From a virus: a DNA stretch of 64,000 bases. The notes below the pieces were generated by a model, which was not told the DNA's origin, searched no databases, and saw only the letters and a program-made list of their open reading frames with translations. Shown in pieces: positions 26,526 to 36,370 of this stretch (position 1 is its first letter; each line of letters starts with the position of its first letter). A program made the position numbers and the translations under genes. The DNA lies in IMG/VR virus record IMGVR_UViG_3300027736_000020, positions 120,089 to 184,088 of that record; one strand, 5' to 3'.

Positions 26526-29056
26526 TCTCCAGCTGGTGCGTACCAGAATCCACTTCTGAATCCATCTCTTGATTGCGAGTTCTGGTAAAAAACAACTGTT
26601 GATCGCGTGCCATGCGGCGCACTTCTTGTGTAGAAGTTGCGTCCATCGGCTTGATTGTTTAATGTTTCTCTTTCTCTTTCCGAAACTTCTTTTATTTTTC
26701 CGCTTATTCCCTTGAGCTCCACGAAGACTCCTTCGGGTGTGGATACAAGTCTGGAAAAATTTTGACCTTCGCGGTTTGTAAATTGCTGCAATGCTTGTTT
26801 TGGCAACAAAACCGTTGTTCCGTCTCCTGCCAATTGTGCCGTGCTATACAATTTGCTATGAATTGAATTTTTGTTTCGAAGATGCGTCTTGAGATCAACA
26901 AGATGATCTTCTGGAGTTTGCAAAGATATCTGCGGTGTAGTTTCTTGTGGTTGACTTTGCGTATCCTGTTGCATTTGCAAAATCAATTGATTGCGTAATT
27001 CCATCAGAAGTTTTCCCAGTACATTCTGCCCTGATTGCAATCCATCACGTCGACCTACGTTGCTTGCACCCCAGAAAATATCATTTCTCAACCCGGTTGA
27101 TTCGACAATATCTGCGGTCCCTGTTGCAACAAGTTGTTCCCTGAATTCCTTGCTATATCTTGCTTTCATGGTAAGCACCCGACGCATGATATCTATCTTT
27201 TTTCCATGAAATTCAGGATCAAATAATTCTGGATTTTTTCCTTGCAAATTTTTTACAAAATCTTTTACATCTTTTGATGTGGGATTTTCGCCCATTGTTT
27301 CTGTTCCGGGAAGTCCTTTTATTTTCCCTTCAATAATACGCACTCCGAGAGGAGTAATATTTCCGTTTTGGTCTTTTAGTAATTTTGCCGCCTGATAAAT
27401 GGTTTCAACACTTTTTCCATACACAGTTGTTTCTTGTCGAGTTCCATCATTTTTTAAAGATGAAATTTTGAAGGGGATAGAAATATTACTGAAATTAGAA
27501 AATATTGGTTTCCATGTTTGACTGGTTGTTTGATATGTGCCATAGGTATGCACACCATTAACATCCATTCGATCAGTTGTATCAGGAAGACCAACGGGAA
27601 TTTGTCCTCGATCAAAGTCGATGATATGTGCCTCGTGAGGAGATCCACCAAAAGTATTAATGATATGTTTTCTTGTCTCTTCCCAGCCTCCTGTGTTGCC
27701 AACGCTTCCTGTATTTCCAACGCTTCCTGTAACAGCTCCTCCTATTTCTCCGTTGAGTGCAGCAATGCGAGGCATGGCTACTTTCCATGGATTTCCATCA
27801 GGGCTTGGATTGTTATCAAGATATTCTTTCAGAGCCGTTATTGCTCCGTTTGTATCATCTCTTCTTGCTTGATCCCTCCAATCTCTTTTCACAAATAATG
27901 ATGCAACAAGAGGGCCAACTGGAGTTCCGTCCTTTCCTATCGGTTGATGAACAAAGACACTTCCATGTGCCATGGATGCAGAGTTTCTCAAGTACTTTCC
28001 TACTGCAGACAAATAATCCGTGTCCTTGTATTTATCGCGAAAATCCATGGCAATGCCTCTACCCATTACAGGAACGCCTGCGCCATTAAGAACAGTATTG
28101 CATGTATTCACGATCATGTTATAGCCACCTGACTTTTGAAAATCAGGATTCGTGATGTCTCCCTTGATTCCTTCTTTGACTTCGGGAGAAGCAGCCGGAG
28201 CGCCCGGAACGGTTGCTGATATGAGTGGTTCCTCTTTTTGTGAATCCCAATGCGCAATTATTTGATTGAGTCTATCAAAAGATGGAATTTCTTTTTGAAA
28301 CATTCCGCGAAGAGTATCCTTGTCTTTTGAAAGATCCAATCTTTGTCGTGCTGCAATTGCTCTCATTGGATGAAGAATGATATCTTCAAAATATTTTAAT
28401 GGTTGATCAGCATTGCCTGTTTCTTTTTGCAATTCACGTATGTGAAAAATATCCGGAATTGGAACTCCAAGTTTGTCAGAAAGCCCTTTTGCAATAATTC
28501 TTCTATGACAAAAATTATTTGGATTAGAAAAGTCTTCAAAGCATGCCATTCCCACTCTTTGTATTACTGAGTTTTCGTCTTTGACTGCATCAACAGCCGC
28601 TGATAATTTGTCGTGAACATTTTCCGGAGTGACATATGGACTAATATTTATCGCCATTTGCTTTCTTGCTGCACGAGATCCAAGAAGGTCCGATTCTTGT
28701 CCTTGTCTCGCTTCTCTCAAATGTTCAGCTCTAGGTGTTGAAGCGGCCCAAAAATCTCTTATTGGTCCTTCAGGAATCGTTGCGGGAGATGCAACAATAT
28801 CAAACGCTTTACGTTGTGACCATTTGCGAGCTGCAGTGCCAGTTCCAGCAGGATGCCCTAACGAAACAGGAAGCACAATCCGAGTTGGATCTGCGATTGC
28901 GGTTACATTTTCAGCATGATTTGTCGTGAAAAGCGTGACGCGATGACCTAAAGATGGAGAAGACTCTGAAGTATCAGGATTGAGAGACTCCACGGGTTCT
29001 TCTGATGCACCTTCTGATTTTTTGAACAAGAGATAAACCATTGTTTTTGTCTCCAT
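26507..29056 (-). CDS. Multidomain protein: DUF488-like + DarG/TARG1-type macro domain + NADAR domain
   Basis: aa ~39-200 ends MACFED...CHRRIIA (DUF488-like). aa ~296-481 has GDI..IVNTCNTV...VMGRGIAMDFRDKY..LFVKRDWR..VAMPRI (macro). aa ~517-692 has FSNF..ETIYQAAK..LVATG..IVES..DIFWG..GQNVLGKLLMELR (NADAR). Confidence 0.85.
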   Translation of the reverse strand: METKTMVYLLFKKSEGASEEPVESLNPDTSESSPSLGHRVTLFTTNHAENVTAIADPTRIVLPVSLGHPAGTGTAARKWSQRKAFDIVASPATIPEGPIRDFWAASTPRAEHLREARQGQESDLLGSRAARKQMAINISPYVTPENVHDKLSAAVDAVKDENSVIQRVGMACFEDFSNPNNFCHRRIIAKGLSDKLGVPIPDIFHIRELQKETGNADQPLKYFEDIILHPMRAIAARQRLDLSKDKDTLRGMFQKEIPSFDRLNQIIAHWDSQKEEPLISATVPGAPAASPEVKEGIKGDITNPDFQKSGGYNMIVNTCNTVLNGAGVPVMGRGIAMDFRDKYKDTDYLSAVGKYLRNSASMAHGSVFVHQPIGKDGTPVGPLVASLFVKRDWRDQARRDDTNGAITALKEYLDNNPSPDGNPWKVAMPRIAALNGEIGGAVTGSVGNTGSVGNTGGWEETRKHIINTFGGSPHEAHIIDFDRGQIPVGLPDTTDRMDVNGVHTYGTYQTTSQTWKPIFSNFSNISIPFKISSLKNDGTRQETTVYGKSVETIYQAAKLLKDQNGNITPLGVRIIEGKIKGLPGTETMGENPTSKDVKDFVKNLQGKNPELFDPEFHGKKIDIMRRVLTMKARYSKEFREQLVATGTADIVESTGLRNDIFWGASNVGRRDGLQSGQNVLGKLLMELRNQLILQMQQDTQSQPQETTPQISLQTPEDHLVDLKTHLRNKNSIHSKLYSTAQLAGDGTTVLLPKQALQQFTNREGQNFSRLVSTPEGVFVELKGISGKIKEVSERERETLNNQADGRNFYTRSAPHGTRSTVVFYQNSQSRDGFRSGFWYAPAGDYFAER

Positions 29057-29135
29057 TTTTGTTTATTATATCAAAATAAATGAGCGAACATGATGCATCT
29101 GACAGGTGTTATACTTATAAAAGGCGGAGAGACAT

Positions 29136-31226
29136 ATGAAATTTTTTGAAAAAACCCCTTTTCCGTTCAAGATAAATAGTTTTCGCAAGGCAGAAGAAAC
29201 ACCATCTGAAGGTAATTTTGTCAATAGTGACGGCAATCCTGTTGAAAGAGCGGTTCGTCCATCTTTCGCAAATGGTGCAACAAAACCTTTTATCGGCAAT
29301 GCGCAAGGTGAGCGTGTAAATAGGGTAAAAAATCCATCTTTTTCTGGACAATCTAGTCCTTTTTTTGTCAATCGAGAAGGAAGTGTTGTTCAAGCTGCAA
29401 CACTTCCTTCTTATACAAACACTGAAGGACAAACTGTTGACGCGCTAGCCAATCCTTTGTTTGTAAACAAAGAAGATGCCCCTGTTCCAAGAGCAAGGAA
29501 TCCTGCTTTTCTATCTGATGAAGAGATAGTGCATGCTTCGCCAAGAAATGTTTCAAATTTCTATTCTCCTTCTGTAACGGGAAAACAAGCAAAAACGAGC
29601 AGAGCAGTAGACGAAATCCGAGCAGAAAGAGAACAAAACCCTCGTTCAGCGAATGAGGATGGCATAGCCGTTGATCCAATGATTGTCCCACTTTACGTAA
29701 TAGACGAAAATGGAGACGTAACCACTGCGCTGAGGCGAGATTCTTTTGGTCCTTATTCATACATGCAACATAATGACAGTGATTACGTGGGAGCAGAGAG
29801 AAGATTAACTGGTGCACAAGGAAATTGGGGTGAGGAAGGTCTTGGTCCTGTAGCAGATGATTCTGAATTTGCATCACCTACGGCAACGCGGGCAGAAATG
29901 CTTGCAAGAATTCTTCGTGAAGAATACCTGAAGAGAGAATATCTAGCACAGCAGGGAGAGAAAATTGGAGGATTGCCTTTCAGTCCGCTTGCTACAAGTG
30001 CAAGATACTATGCTGGTAATTTTGATGCAAAAAATATGAATGCAAACAATTCTCAAGGACAATCTCCAAAAATGTGGGCATTCAGGGAAACGATGCAGCT
30101 TCCCGATAATCGTGAAGAACAAAAAGATTGGCGGCATATGACAACAGACTCGCCAACACCAAATTCTGGAAAACCTTATGATCTTGGAGAATCTTTTCGT
30201 AATTCTGCAGCTCAAGATATTGCAGACATGATTGAAGCTCATTTACGTGCCACTGGACAATGGCCAGAAAATAAACCAAGTATAGAAGTTAAAGCATTCA
30301 GGCAAGGTCCTTCTTCGAAAAATTTTCAAGCACAGAAAACAAAAAAAGCGGAAGAAGAAAAAGTAGATAAACTAAAAAATAGTTTTTCAAATATTGCAAA
30401 TGAGGAAATAATAAACCACATTCAATCATTCAGAGATTATGCAGTAAGATCAATGTGGGAAAATCCTGATCATTTACGAGATTATGAAGCAGCAGGGAAA
30501 ATACTTCTTGATCGATTGAACGAATCATTGAAAGATGATGATCGTTCTGAAATCTTTTTGGAAGATTTGGACACAGAAGGAATGGATGAAGAAGAGATTG
30601 CTACATGGCATGCAATGACAAATGCCACTAACGAGAGACTTGTGCATTATTTTTCTGGTCATTATCCAGATTTTGTTCACGATGCAGCTCTTTCTGAAAT
30701 ATCTTTTAGATTGCAACCAGAAGAAGATGAGCCACAAGCTCCGCAACCGCCAGCTCCGCAACCGCCAGCTCCGCAACCGCCAGCTCCGCAACCGCTAGCT
30801 CCGCAACCGCTAGCTCCGCAACCGCCAGCTCCGCAACCGCCAGCTCCGCAACCGCCAGCTCCGCAACCGCCAGCTCCGCAACCGCCAGCTCCGCAACCGC
30901 CAGCTCCGCAACCGCTAGCTCCGCAACCGCCAGTCTCAACAAATTCATTTGAATCAATCATGCATAATTTTGGTCATGTCAAGGGAACGGGAACGAATCT
31001 TAGCGATCAAGAAATAAATTCATTGACTCCTGAACAGTTTGATATTTACTCTGAGGCTTTGATGAATGGATCATTGGATGCATGGCTGGAGACAAATACT
31101 CCGAAACCGTCGAATAATCAAACTGTATCGACACCAGAGATTAATAGATCCGCAGCTGTTGATCCAGATGTTGATCCAGATCCAGATGATGAATATTTAC
31201 CTGTCGGTATTGATGATTTTTTTTGA
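29136..31226 (+). CDS. Large low-complexity protein, putative virion-internal
   Basis: 696 aa; N-terminus KTPFPFKINSFRKA; (APQPP)13. Confidence 0.8.
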   Translation: MKFFEKTPFPFKINSFRKAEETPSEGNFVNSDGNPVERAVRPSFANGATKPFIGNAQGERVNRVKNPSFSGQSSPFFVNREGSVVQAATLPSYTNTEGQTVDALANPLFVNKEDAPVPRARNPAFLSDEEIVHASPRNVSNFYSPSVTGKQAKTSRAVDEIRAEREQNPRSANEDGIAVDPMIVPLYVIDENGDVTTALRRDSFGPYSYMQHNDSDYVGAERRLTGAQGNWGEEGLGPVADDSEFASPTATRAEMLARILREEYLKREYLAQQGEKIGGLPFSPLATSARYYAGNFDAKNMNANNSQGQSPKMWAFRETMQLPDNREEQKDWRHMTTDSPTPNSGKPYDLGESFRNSAAQDIADMIEAHLRATGQWPENKPSIEVKAFRQGPSSKNFQAQKTKKAEEEKVDKLKNSFSNIANEEIINHIQSFRDYAVRSMWENPDHLRDYEAAGKILLDRLNESLKDDDRSEIFLEDLDTEGMDEEEIATWHAMTNATNERLVHYFSGHYPDFVHDAALSEISFRLQPEEDEPQAPQPPAPQPPAPQPPAPQPLAPQPLAPQPPAPQPPAPQPPAPQPPAPQPPAPQPPAPQPLAPQPPVSTNSFESIMHNFGHVKGTGTNLSDQEINSLTPEQFDIYSEALMNGSLDAWLETNTPKPSNNQTVSTPEINRSAAVDPDVDPDPDDEYLPVGIDDFF
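30738..30932 (+). repeat. 15-bp coding tandem repeat x13 (APQPP/APQPL)
   Basis: gctccgcaaccgc(c/t)a units. Confidence 0.95.
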
Positions 31227-31328
31227 AAGTTTTTATGATTATTGGAAAATACGCGTCAAAATTATTTAAAAATTTTCATGATTATCCTTTGGTGAAAAAA
31301 ATAAAAAAGATTCATAAGAGTACAAATA

Positions 31329-33182
31329 ATGGTTCAGTTATTAATAAAGAAAACAAATCAACCGGAAAACCTTGAAAAATCAATTGGTGATTGGTTTAGA
31401 AGACTATTTGGTGGAACAAAAAGCGACAAAAAAACTGTCTTCAAAAAAACTTCGCCTGTATCACACATGTTTCCCGATTTATATTCCGAGCCAATTACTG
31501 AAAAACCTCTCTTATACAAAAAAAATGACCAAGGAATCATGGAGGCAACTCTTTCAAAACAAGAGCATGACGAATGGGAAAAACTTATTAAAAAAATAAC
31601 TGACGGTTTTTTCCGCAGAAAAGTAAATGAACATTTCAAAGATAGTGAAAAATCAGACAAATGGATAAGACAATCTCTTGGCAACTTAACAGAGAGACAA
31701 GATGTAGCAAGAAGCAAAAAAATTATTCAAGATTTTCTTGAAAAGATAATTCCTGCGCATAAAGTGCAAATTCCTTCCAGCATTGAATCTTCCGAAGATT
31801 ATCTGAAAAAACTTTTTACTGAAGAACAGCAAAAAAGTATTTATGATATGATCCCTGATTTGCCGATGAAGGCAAAATTTCCTGAACTATTGCCAAATGA
31901 CAAGGCAAACACAACAGAACCATCAGTCGTAGCACAACCATCAGTTGTAGCAACAGCACCAGTCGTAGCACAACCATCAGTCGTAGCACAACCACCAGTT
32001 GTAGCAACAGCACCAGTTGTAGCAACAGCACCAGTTGTAGCAACAGCACCAGTTGTAGCAACAGCACCAGTCGTAGCAACAGCACCAGTCGTAGCACAAC
32101 CATCAGTCGTAGCACAACCACAACCAACTTCCGTCGGTGTTGGGCAATCACTGCCTTCTCCAATCCGTACTGCTCGCGTGCTTACCGTTTCAGAGCGCCG
32201 CGCTCTCAATCCTAATTATGATACCACTTTAGGTACTTCAATACATGATTTTATAAATAGATTTATAACAAGAGTCATTATTGATGCAGATGAATCAACT
32301 GGTGATTCTTTGCAAAAAAAATCATTTATACTAGAAAAACTCAGATCACTGGCTGCAACTGCAAAAGTTCAACCAAAAGGAATATTTAATTCAGGAATTC
32401 CAGCTGCTGATTTTGCTGTGGATTTCTGGAAATTGTGCAATTCAACGCAATTCAATGCCTTGAATATTGGAAAAACAAAAACAGACTTTCAAGCACACAT
32501 TGAAGATTCTTTTTTGCGGAAAAAAAGACAAATAGAAATTGATTCTCCCTTGAATCAAAAATGGAGTGAAGGAGACATAACTGAAGTTTTGGCAGATGAT
32601 AGGCAATCTGAAAAAATAACCAAACATCCACAAACAGGAAAAGATGAAGCCCTGATTGTGGATGTTTTTAGGCCCAGAATATTACAAAATGGAAAACAAA
32701 TCATAGCACCATTTGTTGCATTAGGAAAAATTCCTTCGCTTTCATCATCGATTGATCCTGTTCCTGATCAGGGAAACTCAGGAATTAGCAACGTAGAAGG
32801 AAAAAATAATCCTGCAAATTCTGCTAGTGTAACTGCTCCCACAGAGCCAACATCTGTGACTCCCACAAATCCTTTGCCATTTGAAATGACAATAAATGCC
32901 AATAAGTCTAAAGGAGAATTTAAAAAATTTGGTGAATCAATTGCGGATTATGCAACAATTTCAAGAATAAAAACAAATGGATCAAATCAAACGCATCAAA
33001 TTTCCTATCAACCAGAACATTACGATAAAATATTAGAAGAAATGCAAAAACACCCAACATTAAGCTCACAGGCAATACTATTCGAAAAACACGGAGTTGG
33101 TTCAGTTGAATCTCCTGAAGTCGTTCCTCCCCCTGAAATCAACCCTACGCCAGCAAAGGACGAAGCCGATGACGTTTTTTAA
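31329..33182 (+). CDS. Large low-complexity protein, putative virion-internal
   Basis: 617 aa; N-terminus MVQLLIKK...LEKS; central PVVATA repeats. Confidence 0.8.
   Translation: MVQLLIKKTNQPENLEKSIGDWFRRLFGGTKSDKKTVFKKTSPVSHMFPDLYSEPITEKPLLYKKNDQGIMEATLSKQEHDEWEKLIKKITDGFFRRKVNEHFKDSEKSDKWIRQSLGNLTERQDVARSKKIIQDFLEKIIPAHKVQIPSSIESSEDYLKKLFTEEQQKSIYDMIPDLPMKAKFPELLPNDKANTTEPSVVAQPSVVATAPVVAQPSVVAQPPVVATAPVVATAPVVATAPVVATAPVVATAPVVAQPSVVAQPQPTSVGVGQSLPSPIRTARVLTVSERRALNPNYDTTLGTSIHDFINRFITRVIIDADESTGDSLQKKSFILEKLRSLAATAKVQPKGIFNSGIPAADFAVDFWKLCNSTQFNALNIGKTKTDFQAHIEDSFLRKKRQIEIDSPLNQKWSEGDITEVLADDRQSEKITKHPQTGKDEALIVDVFRPRILQNGKQIIAPFVALGKIPSLSSSIDPVPDQGNSGISNVEGKNNPANSASVTAPTEPTSVTPTNPLPFEMTINANKSKGEFKKFGESIADYATISRIKTNGSNQTHQISYQPEHYDKILEEMQKHPTLSSQAILFEKHGVGSVESPEVVPPPEINPTPAKDEADDVF
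31918..32118 (+). repeat. 18-bp coding tandem repeat (PVVATA/PSVVAQ)
   Basis: cca(g/t)..gt(t/c)gtagca units. Confidence 0.9.
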
Positions 33183-35286
33183 AATGCTCGTACTGAAAAA
33201 ATCTTCAGAAGAGCCACCCATTGATCCATCATCTTCTCCTGAAGTGCATCCAATCGTCGATAAATTGAATCAGGCTCGTAGTGCTGCCGATGTGGTCAGA
33301 GTAATGGGGGAATGGAGAAAAGATCCAGACGCAATGGAAAAAGTAGGTAATTTTGCAGAATTGGCACGGGCCCGCCAAAGGGCGCTAACTGGTGTTCAGC
33401 CATTTGTGCCCACACCAAGACCTGCACCAAGACCTTCATCAAACCCTGCACCATCAAACCCTGCACCATCAAACCCTGCACCATCAAACCCTGCACCATC
33501 AAACCCTGCACCATCAAACCCTGCAACACGCGCTGTTGACGACGATGGTCCACCAGATGATGATGATCTATGGGCTGGTTATGATAATTTGAGAAATGAT
33601 CGTCCTGATACTCGCCTCGTTGCTCCATTTACACCAGAAGGTTTTACACCAGAAGGTGTCACAACTGAAAGACCGACTGAGCTGATAGCTGAATTCATTC
33701 CAGAATCAGATCAAAGAAGAAGACGCAGGGAACTTTCTCCTGCTGTACGCAGTCTTCTGATCAGGCCAGAGCACAGAGGCCCCAATGCTCTTTTCCCTAT
33801 GATGTTGCTAGGGCCTCCTGTGCAACGAGTAGCCGCAACATTACCAGAAAATCAAGGTGTTGAAATTTCCGAAGAAAAACAAGCGCTTATTGACAAGATC
33901 ATGGGTACACCAAAACCTCCACAGAACCAGAATGATTTGTCTCCCGAGCAACGTACAGCACAAAGAATAAATGCCATGATTAGGGCAGATTTTACACCAG
34001 CTGAACAAATGCAAGCACAGCAAAAACTTATTGATCTTGATGTTCCTAGAGATGATTTTGCAAAATTAAAGACAATGTCAATGGAAGATTTACAGCTTAT
34101 GTCGGACATGATTGATCATCATTCAGCAAAAATTGACACATTAAAAAAATTAAATATTGAAAACAGTGATTTGCTTGATAATGATCAATTGAAGCAATTG
34201 ATCACTGAAAAAGGCAGGGCAGACCTTTTTGATCCAGATCCTTTGGATGAAATGTTCCAAGGAAAATCTGATTTGACAAGAGCCGCAATGATCAAGAATG
34301 AATTCATCAAAAAAGAGCTTAAAAGAATCAGTCATTACATAAGCAGCAGTAATAGAGAAAATATTTTTGGAACAGACGATCCCTCTGAATACACAAAATT
34401 TGTTAGGAAACTTCATGAAATTACACAACATTATCAACAAACTGATAATGTGAAAATTATCACTCAAGCGCTTAATTCAGGAATGCCTGTTGGATACTAT
34501 GAATTAAATTTATTCCGCGAACACAAAGGTCTTCCTCCGCTCACAAGAGAAGAAATTGATGCAGCGATGTCTGAAGAACGCAAAAAAGAATATGAATTGC
34601 CTTCTTTGCTTACCACTGGTACAGCAGATCCTAAACAACGAGAAAAACTATTGCAACAATATGGATACTTTATTGATTTGATGAATAAAGATAAAACATA
34701 TGATAAAGATGCTCGCGCAGCCAATTTGTACGGCATGCTTCTTATTCACAATATGATAAAAAGGCAAAATGCAAGAACTGCACCAGCAAGAACTGCACCA
34801 GCAAGAACTGCACCAGCAAGAACTGCACCAGCAAGAACTGCACCAACAGGAATTGCACCAACAGGAATTGCACCAGAAGCAGACATTTGGATACCAGCGT
34901 TGGAAAAGACGATCAAAGACCCTTCAATTTTAAGTTTTCCCAATCTTGCCGCAAAAATGCAAACAGCAATTGCTCACGCAAAAACAGGCGATATAAAATC
35001 AATGATGAGTGTATATTTTGACGCAATCACATCTACTGAATTTCGTCTTGGAAATACGAATAAAATTCGTGAAAGAGTAGAAATAGAAATGAGAGGGGAA
35101 GACTCTACCCAGTTAAGAAATGAATTTCAGTCGTTTGAGACCCTTGTTCGTCTGTTTCTCAGGGATAAATTTAAAATGGAACTTTCTACACCAGAAGGAA
35201 TTTGGTCACCATCGCAAAAGGGAAAACCAATGAAATATGTATTGACCAGCACAGAAGACGGCAAAGAGCAACAGTTTGAAACCTAA
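33169..35286 (+). CDS. Large low-complexity protein, putative virion-internal
   Basis: Start moved to ATG 33169 (AAGGA upstream) or 33184 (MLVLKKS); SNPAP and ARTAP repeats. Confidence 0.8.
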   Translation: MTFFKMLVLKKSSEEPPIDPSSSPEVHPIVDKLNQARSAADVVRVMGEWRKDPDAMEKVGNFAELARARQRALTGVQPFVPTPRPAPRPSSNPAPSNPAPSNPAPSNPAPSNPAPSNPATRAVDDDGPPDDDDLWAGYDNLRNDRPDTRLVAPFTPEGFTPEGVTTERPTELIAEFIPESDQRRRRRELSPAVRSLLIRPEHRGPNALFPMMLLGPPVQRVAATLPENQGVEISEEKQALIDKIMGTPKPPQNQNDLSPEQRTAQRINAMIRADFTPAEQMQAQQKLIDLDVPRDDFAKLKTMSMEDLQLMSDMIDHHSAKIDTLKKLNIENSDLLDNDQLKQLITEKGRADLFDPDPLDEMFQGKSDLTRAAMIKNEFIKKELKRISHYISSSNRENIFGTDDPSEYTKFVRKLHEITQHYQQTDNVKIITQALNSGMPVGYYELNLFREHKGLPPLTREEIDAAMSEERKKEYELPSLLTTGTADPKQREKLLQQYGYFIDLMNKDKTYDKDARAANLYGMLLIHNMIKRQNARTAPARTAPARTAPARTAPARTAPTGIAPTGIAPEADIWIPALEKTIKDPSILSFPNLAAKMQTAIAHAKTGDIKSMMSVYFDAITSTEFRLGNTNKIRERVEIEMRGEDSTQLRNEFQSFETLVRLFLRDKFKMELSTPEGIWSPSQKGKPMKYVLTSTEDGKEQQFET
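33436..33525 (+). repeat. 15-bp coding tandem repeat (SNPAP)
   Basis: tcaaaccctgcacca units. Confidence 0.9.
34771..34875 (+). repeat. 15-bp coding tandem repeat ([10 protein letters not shown])
   Basis: gcaagaactgcacca units followed by two acaggaattgcacca. Confidence 0.9.
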
Positions 35287-35288
35287 AA

Positions 35289-35594
35289 TCAAGAAGATTC
35301 TTTTACAATATACAAATATCCATCAAAATTATCTTCTATTGCCGGATCTAGTGAATGATCATATTCCCTCGACTCATAGTACTCTATGAATTGCAATGCC
35401 TTTTGTCTACGAAAATTCCATACATATTTTTTGTATTTTGGATTGTTTCCAACAAATAAACTTTTATCAGCTGGATTTATGATAAACAATATATCACCGG
35501 TAATATCAAGTATCTGGTTGTGAATTGAGCGTTCTTCTTGCCTCATCAAATCCAGCAATTCTTCCCAATTTTCGGTGTCAATTATTGTGTTCAT
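35289..35594 (-). CDS. Hypothetical protein
   Basis: ORF track. Confidence 0.6.
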   Translation of the reverse strand: MNTIIDTENWEELLDLMRQEERSIHNQILDITGDILFIINPADKSLFVGNNPKYKKYVWNFRRQKALQFIEYYESREYDHSLDPAIEDNFDGYLYIVKESS

Positions 35595-35601
35595 AAAACC
35601 C

Positions 35602-36108
35602 TTACTTAAAATTTCTTAATACGGCGGCCAAAAGAAAAGTCAACAAAAGCTCAGGTTGTGGTGTTTCCTGAGGCGTTGTCATGAATGGAACAGGCGTTGG
35701 GGTGACAATAACTGTGACACACGCTGATGCTTCGTTGAGCGAGTTTATCAGTATTGGTTTTACATACGCATTCATTTCCCATTCAGGAATGGATTTCCAA
35801 TTCATGACGGTGGTATTCCCAACATTATACGCTGACAATGCATATTCGTATGGATTTGTCCTGTCAGCGTAGATATTCAGATAATTCCGCAAAATCTTGG
35901 CAGCATAAAACAATGATTCAACAGGATTCCAGACATCGACACCGGGATGTGAAAGAGGATTGATTTGTGCAATTCCGTAGGATCCTGATCCTGAAGCCTT
36001 TGCATCCCATCTGCTTTCCTTTTGAATCAACGCAAAGAAAACTGCTGCACTGATTTGTGCTTTTTCCGCAGCGGCACAAGCAACGTGCTCGTATAGCTCT
36101 CGAAACAT
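35602..36108 (-). CDS. Lytic transglycosylase (SLT domain) with Pro/Thr linker and hydrophobic C-tail
   Basis: ALIQKES (catalytic Glu), YGIAQI, NP..S...AAKIL, ALSAYNVG. Confidence 0.85.
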   Translation of the reverse strand: MFRELYEHVACAAAEKAQISAAVFFALIQKESRWDAKASGSGSYGIAQINPLSHPGVDVWNPVESLFYAAKILRNYLNIYADRTNPYEYALSAYNVGNTTVMNWKSIPEWEMNAYVKPILINSLNEASACVTVIVTPTPVPFMTTPQETPQPELLLTFLLAAVLRNFK

Positions 36109-36370
36109 AATGGTGCTCCAATCAGATAAGAATAGAAAAAGGCGTAGCTAGTCTTTTTTCTTGGGAGTGAGATTTGTTAGCAGCAGCTTGATTTCTTCAA
36201 CGGTGAGGTCGGCAAACTGTCGTCTCGGCTGAAGTTGTGGCTGCCTCCAAATCAGCGCATGGCGGCGTGGTAGCCGCTCACACTCTTCTTTTTTCCGGGG
36301 GTCTGTCATGCAACCTCCATGTGGAAGTATACCCGGCATGAAGCCCCTGTGTCCAATTTTTTTTTATTTT

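Noticed and set aside
30677-30961. Minus-strand ORFs with GAGGC or LAVAE repeats (similar shadows at 31816, 33296, 38541, 43780)
   Set aside because: Antisense shadows of coding tandem repeats within long genes; no RBS or independent support
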